A stretch of DNA of 41,673 nucleotides, from positions 1 through 41,673 of the forward strand of contig CAYFGC010000003.1 of assembly GCA_964342625.1 (NCBI GenBank). Reading direction: 5' to 3'. The translations under genes and the position numbers were made by a program. Source of the DNA: an uncultured Candidatus Poseidoniales archaeon (lineage in GTDB: Archaea; Thermoplasmatota; Poseidoniia; Poseidoniales; Thalassarchaeaceae). Below are positions 34,590 to 41,673 of this stretch, one piece after another (within the stretch, counting starts at the first letter, position 1; each line of letters opens with the position of its first letter). The notes under the pieces were generated by a model. It had not been told where the DNA came from, did not search any database, and was given only the letters and a program-made list of their open reading frames with translations.

Positions 34590-37070
34590 CTATTCCAGGT
34601 TGTGCATCTGTTCCAGAGTCCCAGAAAATATTGACAGTTTCTCTGGGACAGCTATTCCCGAAATCGGAGATCTCAGTGATACTCCGGAGTCCTTCTTAGC
34701 CTTCCAAACTATTGAATTGAAGGCCTCCAACTCATCGGTCAATGTGCGAAGATCATCGAAGGCTTCCCTGTTTAATGATGATGGCAATTCTGGGAACTCC
34801 TTAACATCAACAGCGCTTTTTTCGTATAGCGTAGTACTGAGGTAATGAGTGAAGAATGGGCATATCGGAGAGAAGACACTCAATAGGTCCCGAACGATCC
34901 TGTGCAATGTCCACGCGGCTGATGCATTGCCATCGTACAACCTTGTCTTGGACATCTCCAACCAGTGGCTAGGTAAGATTCCAGTTCCAAATGACTTGAT
35001 TGCCTGAGCGGCCGAGTAGATGTCAACCTCTTCCCAAGCATAACTCACCACTGAAAGAGTTTCGTCGAACTCTGCAAGAATCCAAATATCCTCTACCTCT
35101 AGTTCCGGAGGTAGCTCCAAATCATCAGGGACGTCGAACTGGCTAGCAAACCTCGCGACGTTGAAAATCTTGGTCAATACACCATAATACTTGGTTTCAA
35201 TCTCCTCCGGATTGATATGGAAGTCATCACCGACCTGAGCATCGCATGCCTTCCAAAGTCGGAAGCATTCACTTCCGATCTTGTTGGCTTTCAACACTAC
35301 TTGTTTGCCATCTGCTCCCTTAATCTTCCAAGAGCCAGTACGCCCCCCTGCTCCACATTCCAGTACGCTATCTGCATCAATTCCATTCCCCAGGGACTTG
35401 GACATCTTCCGACCCCATGGATCCATTCCCAAGCCATCGACCCAGATGTTCTCAAAGGCTGGTTGGTCAAGTAGCAACGCACTTTTCAGAAGGGTGTAAT
35501 ATAACCAAGTCCTGACAATCTCCTTACCCTGTGGGCGTATTGAGGTTGGAAAGGCTCTTTCAAACAAATCCTGATTATTCAGATATCCCGAAACAAATAG
35601 ATTGGAATTCGATGAGTCCATCCATGTGTCAAACACCTTCTCTTCGCCAGTAATCACACCCAGATCCTTTTCTAAATTGGCAAATGATCCAATGACCTCC
35701 TTGGTTTCCCTGTCAATGACTTCTGCATCACCAGGAGGTGCATCCCTCCATGGCTGCACATAAACTCCCTTCGGAGGGACGATAACCTTTGAGCCATCTT
35801 CTGAGTACCATATCGGGACCTCAGTGTGGTACCATCTCCTCCTACTTATCGGCCAATCAATTGATATTCCTTCTACCCAGTCATGGAGATACTGCCTATT
35901 TCTCTCGGGAATGAATCTGCTGATCTTAGACAGTTCAACGAGCCTCTCGAGGACGTGGGTCTGCCTCACATACCATTCCTTAAGCAAAATTATCTCGATC
36001 GGATTTCCACCCCTCTCACTGACTGGAATTTCCTGCTCCCTTTCTTCAAAGGACTCTAGGGAACCAGACTCTTCCAGGATTTTAGTCGCCTCAATTCTTG
36101 CATCACTTACCTTCAAGCCGCTAAGTGGGCCTGATATTTGGGTCATTTCGCCATTCAAATCAATGGCAACGAATGGTCTAAGACCTAGCTCCCTGAATAT
36201 TGCTACATCATTTTGGTCACCATAAGAGCAAACCATCAGTATGCCACTTCCGAAATCCATCTTTACAGAATGATGCGACATTATTTCGACACTAACATCC
36301 CTCTCGGCGACGGGCAAGGGGAGCATAGCCCGCTTACCTATCAGGTGGGAGTAACGCGAATCATCGGGGTGAACCATAATCACCCCGCAAGCGCAAATCA
36401 TTTCCGGCCTAGTAGTCGAAATTGTGATTTGCTCGCCGTCTTCAGTTGTCCAATTTACGTTATAAAGCTTAGTTCTACGCTGAATTCTTTGAACCTCTGC
36501 ATCAGCGATAGTAGTGCCCTCTACTGGGTCATAGATGTTAGGCCTTAGATCCTCGACAACATCCCCAGTCTTGAATAAATCAACAAATATCGATTGCGAA
36601 ACAGCACGATAATCTGGAGAATCTGTGAGGTATTCATTGTCATAGTCGCATGATAGTCCGACTCTTTTAGCTGTTTTACGCATAGCCTGAGTGTAATCCT
36701 CAATGGTCTCCTCACAAAGTTTCAGGAACTCGGATCGATCATAACTCCTCATCTTCTTTCCAGTCTTCTTTTCAACGGTAAATTCGATGTTTATGCCATT
36801 GCGGTCCACTCCCCATGGAAATCTGACTTCTTTGCCAAGTAATCGCTGGCTCCTTGCAATGACATCGATCATGCTGTATTGTGCGACGGCGCCGATATGC
36901 CAGGTCCCACTAGGATATGGCGGAGGAGTGTCGATTACGAAAATCTCCTTATCACTATCTGGATCAAAACTATACCTATCATTGTAAGTCTGCTCTTCGA
37001 AGTGCTTCTCTTGAATGCGCTTCTCGAGATCGACGCTCCAACGCTTGTCAGAAATTTTTGGTCCGGTCAC
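34590..37070 (-). CDS. valS: Valyl-tRNA synthetase, archaeal type
   Basis: IDTPPPYPSG-WHIGA (HIGH variant), TTRPE editing motif, DWPISR, VFDTWMDSS, RPQG, KMSKSLGN. Confidence 0.93.
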   Translation of the reverse strand: MTGPKISDKRWSVDLEKRIQEKHFEEQTYNDRYSFDPDSDKEIFVIDTPPPYPSGTWHIGAVAQYSMIDVIARSQRLLGKEVRFPWGVDRNGINIEFTVEKKTGKKMRSYDRSEFLKLCEETIEDYTQAMRKTAKRVGLSCDYDNEYLTDSPDYRAVSQSIFVDLFKTGDVVEDLRPNIYDPVEGTTIADAEVQRIQRRTKLYNVNWTTEDGEQITISTTRPEMICACGVIMVHPDDSRYSHLIGKRAMLPLPVAERDVSVEIMSHHSVKMDFGSGILMVCSYGDQNDVAIFRELGLRPFVAIDLNGEMTQISGPLSGLKVSDARIEATKILEESGSLESFEEREQEIPVSERGGNPIEIILLKEWYVRQTHVLERLVELSKISRFIPERNRQYLHDWVEGISIDWPISRRRWYHTEVPIWYSEDGSKVIVPPKGVYVQPWRDAPPGDAEVIDRETKEVIGSFANLEKDLGVITGEEKVFDTWMDSSNSNLFVSGYLNNQDLFERAFPTSIRPQGKEIVRTWLYYTLLKSALLLDQPAFENIWVDGLGMDPWGRKMSKSLGNGIDADSVLECGAGGRTGSWKIKGADGKQVVLKANKIGSECFRLWKACDAQVGDDFHINPEEIETKYYGVLTKIFNVARFASQFDVPDDLELPPELEVEDIWILAEFDETLSVVSYAWEEVDIYSAAQAIKSFGTGILPSHWLEMSKTRLYDGNASAAWTLHRIVRDLLSVFSPICPFFTHYLSTTLYEKSAVDVKEFPELPSSLNREAFDDLRTLTDELEAFNSIVWKAKKDSGVSLRSPISGIAVPEKLSIFSGTLEQMHNLE

Positions 37071-37198
37071 ATTCTCACCCTTTTATTCGTATAGTGTGGC
37101 CTTCTTGACCATTGTTATTGCATAGAAAATATACAATTCACTGAACAGGTTTGCCGAGGGGTTGAAGGTATGTCGTTTCACGTCGAGTGTGGAGCGAC

Positions 37199-40159
37199 AT
37201 GGCGAACAACGGAAGAGGCGACTCCGAAGATGCCCCTGTCAGCACGTTTGTCGATAAAGCAAGGACTAGAATTAGCAATGTGGATTCTGAACAAATTAGA
37301 GGCTCGATCTCGAAGATTCCAAATCGAATCCGCCGTCGTTTTAGAGAGTCTGAGAGCTCTAGCTTACTTACCATGTTCCCGATTTGGGCGGTGTTGTTTT
37401 CACTAGTATTTACATTATCACTATTGCCTCACTCTGGAGTGCTTGACTGCAGGGATGGTTTCGATAATCCCAGTTATTGCAGTGATGAGCCAGCACTCAA
37501 TGTTAATGGTGATCTGGAAGTTTACCTTCCAACCGATGATGACCCCCATAGTGTGAAGAATCTAATTGCTCAAGTCGAAAAGGACTGGACAACAAATGTG
37601 ATGGTCATTTATGTTGAGTCATACAACTACAATGTTACTCAGATCAACATCCTCGACCAAATCGACAATGTGGAAAGAGTGATTAACAATCAAACCAATG
37701 ATGGTGGCGTCGATGATAACGTAATCTATGTACTATCAATTTCCACTGTAGTAAAGGAAGTTAACTCCAGTGGTGGTCGAGTTGTCAAGGCTTTCTTCTC
37801 AGGTCTAGCCGAGGCAACCGGTAACCAGCAACTATCTGATGAAATAAATGAGACAATTGACGCCCAAAGCGATTTAATCGGCAACTATGCTATTCCCGAT
37901 GAACAGCAGAGAGTTGACCAGATCCTACAGGAAATGCCACAGAATGCACTGGATAAACTCGTTAGGGATGTTGGCACGGCTACCGAAGAAAGGGCATTCC
38001 GATGGAACCGTGCTGTGATAATTATAGGAATTGCAGATGATACTGGTGACAAGTCTGTTGGCGACATAGTTTCAGAAACACAGGGAAAAATAGACCAGAT
38101 TGCGTCCAATAACAACTGGGGTGCGCCTGATTCTCAGGGCAAGTGCGACGAAGAAGGCAATCCACTTTGCCTAAGAATGACGCTAACCGGTCCAGCACCG
38201 CTCACTAACGCAGTAACCGAAGAGTCGTTCAAACTTTTCTGGCAGGTCTTCCCGGTTGGCGTAGTAATCGTTGCATTCATGCTATTCATTTTCCACTGTG
38301 ACCTACTGCAAACTGGCCGTATTAGATTCGTTCAAGGCGTCAAGGTAGTCATTATTTCCGGGCTTCCTACACTTTGTGCTGTATGGGTTACACTAGGGCT
38401 GATCGGTCTATTAGACTATGAAGTAACAATGACCGTAATTTTAGTCGGACCTATTGTCCTTTCTCTCGGCGTCTCTTATGGTCTACACATTACAAATAGG
38501 TATGCGGAATCCAAGGGCACACCCCATGAAAAAATGGCTGCAGCATTGAATTCAACTGGCCGTGCCGTTTTCCTATCAGCAATGACGACGATTATTGGAT
38601 TCATATCACTGACGTTCGCCCCTATGAAGCCAATCCAGACCGTAGGCTGGGCTTTGGCTGGTGGTATTGTCGTAGTTTACTTCATGACCATGATTATGGT
38701 ACCTAATCTGACCATATTACTTGACCTGAAAAAGCCGTCACACCCACCACCCAAGGTTTTCGTCGCCGCAGTGAACATGCCTGTCAAGTGGTCCCGAATC
38801 ACACTGGTATTCTTCCTAACTCTGATGATCATCTCTGCAGGATATAATAGGCAAAATGTCGAAGAAAATATTGACTTACTAAAAATGGCTCCAAATGAGG
38901 TAGAAGCAGTACAGAAGATGGACGTATACTCTACCGAATTCGAAGCCGGACAACCGGGTTTCCTGTTAGTTGAAGCAAATATTAGGGCTGATCCTGAATT
39001 GGGAATCGGGTCAATTACTGCTGAACACCCATATGCCAATCTTGAAGGAATTGAGAATCTTGAATCTAAATGTAACGATGTTGAAAATGCCACCGCAGTA
39101 TCGATTGTATTCCTGATGAAGGCTATTGCTGTAGGAGTCAATGTCTCAGGTTCACCAATCAACGACATCATTGAAGATACGCCACTACCAGACCCAATCA
39201 AAGAGGTCGCGGAACTAATCTTCGATCGAGGCCAGTCAGGAAATGTCTCGTTCTGGTCCATTCTAGACACATTGGATGCCCAAGAGGACGATGGAGGCAG
39301 ACAAGTACAGAATTTCCTGCTCTACGTTTTCTACAATAGCATGACTGAGGAAATGAGGGAGTTGTTCATCTCTCCTGATTATCAACGGACATTGATATAC
39401 ATCGATATGCCATTCATGGATGTAAAGGGCACAGCTGCTACTGCTGAGCAGATTAACCTGTGGGCAAAGTCGGCAGGTGATTCAGAGAATCCAATTTCGG
39501 TACTCGGAGATACTCTGATTGGCGTTGCATCTATTACAATCGAGGTGAATAACCTGATAGTAGACTCCCAGTGGACCTCTCTAGCATTCGCATTGGGATT
39601 CACCATCGTAACACTTGCATTGGTTTTCAGGGACATCAGATATGCATTACTTACTACAGTTCCAGTTGGATTCACTGTCGCTATGCAGTGGCTTGTCATG
39701 GATTCTGGAGGAGTCACACTTTCACTCGTCACTGTGATGATTGGCTCAATTCTCGTAGGAGTAGGAATCGACTTCTCAATTCACATTGCCAATAGGGTGA
39801 AGGAGCTGGGCGGTTCGTTAGATGCAATTCGTACAGCTTGCGCGAGTACTGGGATGAGCTTGTTCGAGGCAACAACAGTTACAGCCGCGGGCCTGACATG
39901 TGCTTACGGCATCCCAATTGAGGCCATCACTCCATTCGTTACTGTCATAATTATCCTGCTGATCATTGCCGCACTGTCCGCTTTGCTCCTTTTGCCTGCA
40001 ATATACTCATTTATGGTTACATCCAACCTGGGTCTCACTGGAGGAGCGTCAGCAATGGTGAAGTCTTCGGGACTCTCACAAGTTATGATTAAGCGTGATA
40101 ACTCTGGTAGGATTGACTCTGCAGAGTTACCATCGGAATATGCAAAAGACGCTTGGTGA
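37199..40159 (+). CDS. MMPL/RND-superfamily transporter
   Basis: Two repeats of a TM helix, large loop and TM bundle; LGVSYGLHITNRY, TGRAVFLSAMTTIIGF, GVGIDFSIHI. Confidence 0.9.
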   Translation: MANNGRGDSEDAPVSTFVDKARTRISNVDSEQIRGSISKIPNRIRRRFRESESSSLLTMFPIWAVLFSLVFTLSLLPHSGVLDCRDGFDNPSYCSDEPALNVNGDLEVYLPTDDDPHSVKNLIAQVEKDWTTNVMVIYVESYNYNVTQINILDQIDNVERVINNQTNDGGVDDNVIYVLSISTVVKEVNSSGGRVVKAFFSGLAEATGNQQLSDEINETIDAQSDLIGNYAIPDEQQRVDQILQEMPQNALDKLVRDVGTATEERAFRWNRAVIIIGIADDTGDKSVGDIVSETQGKIDQIASNNNWGAPDSQGKCDEEGNPLCLRMTLTGPAPLTNAVTEESFKLFWQVFPVGVVIVAFMLFIFHCDLLQTGRIRFVQGVKVVIISGLPTLCAVWVTLGLIGLLDYEVTMTVILVGPIVLSLGVSYGLHITNRYAESKGTPHEKMAAALNSTGRAVFLSAMTTIIGFISLTFAPMKPIQTVGWALAGGIVVVYFMTMIMVPNLTILLDLKKPSHPPPKVFVAAVNMPVKWSRITLVFFLTLMIISAGYNRQNVEENIDLLKMAPNEVEAVQKMDVYSTEFEAGQPGFLLVEANIRADPELGIGSITAEHPYANLEGIENLESKCNDVENATAVSIVFLMKAIAVGVNVSGSPINDIIEDTPLPDPIKEVAELIFDRGQSGNVSFWSILDTLDAQEDDGGRQVQNFLLYVFYNSMTEEMRELFISPDYQRTLIYIDMPFMDVKGTAATAEQINLWAKSAGDSENPISVLGDTLIGVASITIEVNNLIVDSQWTSLAFALGFTIVTLALVFRDIRYALLTTVPVGFTVAMQWLVMDSGGVTLSLVTVMIGSILVGVGIDFSIHIANRVKELGGSLDAIRTACASTGMSLFEATTVTAAGLTCAYGIPIEAITPFVTVIIILLIIAALSALLLLPAIYSFMVTSNLGLTGGASAMVKSSGLSQVMIKRDNSGRIDSAELPSEYAKDAW

Positions 40160-40197
40160 AAGACAACGTTGATTTCACCCCTATAGGTAGGACATAC

Positions 40198-40671
40198 ATG
40201 GTAAATTACTGGCTAATGAAGAGTGAGCCCCATGTGTACCCATGGGAACAACTAGTTGCTGATGGTTCAACTCACTGGGATGGAGTTAGGAACTACCAGG
40301 CGAGGAACATTATGAGGGATGACATGGTCGTGGGCGACTATGTTCTGTTTTACCATTCAAATTGCAAGCCGCCGCATGTTGCTGGTGTAGCTAGGGTTTG
40401 CAAGGAGGGGTATCCTGACTTCACAGCTCAAGATAGCAAATCAAAATATTTTGATCCTAAGGCAAACCCCGATAATCCACGATGGGTAATGGTGGACATC
40501 GAGCCAGTTTCACAACTAGAGTCTGTAGGATTGCCAGATTTGAGAGCAAATGGAGATTTGGAAGGTATGCCTTTGCTGCAAAGAGGTCAGAGGTTATCTG
40601 TACAACCCGTTTCCGAAAAGCACTTCAGGATAGTTTGTGCAATGGGTGGGCTAGATAGTTTAGAAGATTAG
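40198..40671 (+). CDS. EVE domain protein (THYN1-like)
   Basis: YWLMKSEP, WDGVRNYQARN, FYHSNC, RLSVQPV. Confidence 0.94.
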   Translation: MVNYWLMKSEPHVYPWEQLVADGSTHWDGVRNYQARNIMRDDMVVGDYVLFYHSNCKPPHVAGVARVCKEGYPDFTAQDSKSKYFDPKANPDNPRWVMVDIEPVSQLESVGLPDLRANGDLEGMPLLQRGQRLSVQPVSEKHFRIVCAMGGLDSLED

Positions 40672-40679
40672 GCGATTCT

Positions 40680-41549
40680 GTGACTTATTCAATTGTTGCC
40701 AGATGTCAGGAAACCGGTCAAATCGGAGTAGCGGTCCAGTCCCATTGGTTTGCTGCTGGAGTAGTTTGCTGGGCCAAAGCAGGAATTGGCGCCGTTGCGA
40801 CCCAGGCGATGGCATTAATTGACCATGGGCCCCTTGGAATCGAGTTAATGGAGGGAGGAGCAAAACCCGAAGAAGCAATGAAGAGAAGACTTTCGTTGGA
40901 CACGAATCCCCAAATTAGGCAAGTGGCAATGATTGACGCCAATTCTAGAATATCTGCCCATACTGGATCAGATACCATACCTGAATCCGGACATTTTGTC
41001 GGTGATGGCTTCTCTTGTCAAGCAAATATGATGTGGAAATCTACGGTTTGGAGCAGCATGGCAGAAGCATTTGTTCGCTCTGATGGTGATCTATCCAGCC
41101 GAATGCTTGCTGCCCTATATGCAGCAGAGGTCGAACAGGGCGATATTAGGGGCAAGCAATCAGCGCGCTTACTGGTGGTAGAATCAGATATTCAGCAATA
41201 CCCATGGGAAGGAACAATTGTGGATTTACGAGTAGATGATAATCTAGAACCACTAGCAGAACTAGATAGACTCCTGAAAATGCATCATGAATATGTAAAC
41301 ATCAATAACTTAGACGGGGTATCAATTTCTCAGACTAAAAAATCTGGGAATGCTGAAATTGCGTTTTGGAAGTCAATAGGGTTGGTACAATCAGGTCGAA
41401 TTAGTGAGGCTAGGGAGTTAGCCCTGATTGCATTCGAAGAAAGTAGTTGTTGGGAGGAGCTCCTTCATAGATGTGCCAATAACGGACTTGCTGGAGTTAC
41501 TGACGATACAATAAACGCGTTGCTGCACACCAACAATCTAGATGAATAG
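40680..41549 (+). CDS. DUF1028-family Ntn-hydrolase-like protein
   Basis: MTYSIVARC..TG..GVAVQS, GAVATQA, RQVAMID, GDIRGKQSA, DLRVDD. Confidence 0.9.
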   Translation: MTYSIVARCQETGQIGVAVQSHWFAAGVVCWAKAGIGAVATQAMALIDHGPLGIELMEGGAKPEEAMKRRLSLDTNPQIRQVAMIDANSRISAHTGSDTIPESGHFVGDGFSCQANMMWKSTVWSSMAEAFVRSDGDLSSRMLAALYAAEVEQGDIRGKQSARLLVVESDIQQYPWEGTIVDLRVDDNLEPLAELDRLLKMHHEYVNINNLDGVSISQTKKSGNAEIAFWKSIGLVQSGRISEARELALIAFEESSCWEELLHRCANNGLAGVTDDTINALLHTNNLDE

Positions 41550-41673
41550 TGGTGGGCACGTCCTCGGTGGACGCTCGTCATCAAAGAGACTCGCACCCCA
41601 GCCTTCTCCGTCCCGAAGTCCCAAGGCATCCAGCATCCCCGGTCGGGCTGCTCGCTTCCGCGCCTGACCTGGT
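41550..41673 (-). ncRNA. ffs: Archaeal SRP (7S) RNA, 3' portion; 5' part lies beyond the window
   Basis: Reverse complement contains GTCAGG-CGC-GGAA-GCG-AGCAGC, the SRP helix 8 (SRP54-binding) motif with a GNRA loop; GC-rich and non-coding. Confidence 0.9.

Noticed and set aside
4850-39732. Long antisense ORFs such as 4850-5392, 20905-21348, 35824-36225 and 38677-39270
   Set aside because: Shadow frames of well-supported genes, Ser/Ile-rich with no motifs.
11436-41557. TGGTGGGC occurs at the tRNA-Val 3' end (11436-43) and again at 41550-57, resembling attL/attR of an integrated element
   Set aside because: Only 8 bp; the second copy is explained as the SRP RNA terminal helix strand, there is no integrase, and the intervening DNA is core housekeeping genes.
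1-41673. CRISPR arrays, transposases, integrases, phage genes, inteins, frameshifted pseudogenes
   Set aside because: None seen; no regularly spaced repeats, and recognised proteins look intact and of about the expected length.

Overview
Gene-dense archaeal chromosomal segment. Archaeal ribosomal proteins (S3Ae, S17e, S19e, L31e, L39e), PAN, aMBF1, Tsr3, Kae1 and a 7S SRP RNA sit among many bacterial-type metabolic genes, which is most consistent with a marine Thermoplasmatota such as Marine Group II / Poseidoniales (inference). Contents: a complete folate-dependent histidine degradation pathway (ftcD, fchA, long-form hutU, hutH, hutI), AlaX, tRNA-Val(GAC), methylmalonyl-CoA mutase and epimerase, a preQ0 operon (folE-queE-queC-msrB-queD), a ribosomal protein operon, a YdeP-type molybdoenzyme with FdhD, an iscA-ygfZ pair, SOD, a SerA-like dehydrogenase, ValRS, an MMPL/RND transporter, EVE and DUF1028. 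I see no mobile element, CRISPR array or defence island. Two real-looking small genes are absent from the ORF track: a 53-aa ribbon-helix-helix regulator heading the preQ0 operon with a three-half-site candidate operator, and a 51-aa zinc-ribbon protein beside the tRNA. Other highlights are a QueC lacking its zinc ligands, an aquaporin-fold protein with neither NPA motif, an S3Ae-SAP fusion and a repeat-rich AT-rich intergenic region. All family calls come from motif recognition by eye, not database searches.
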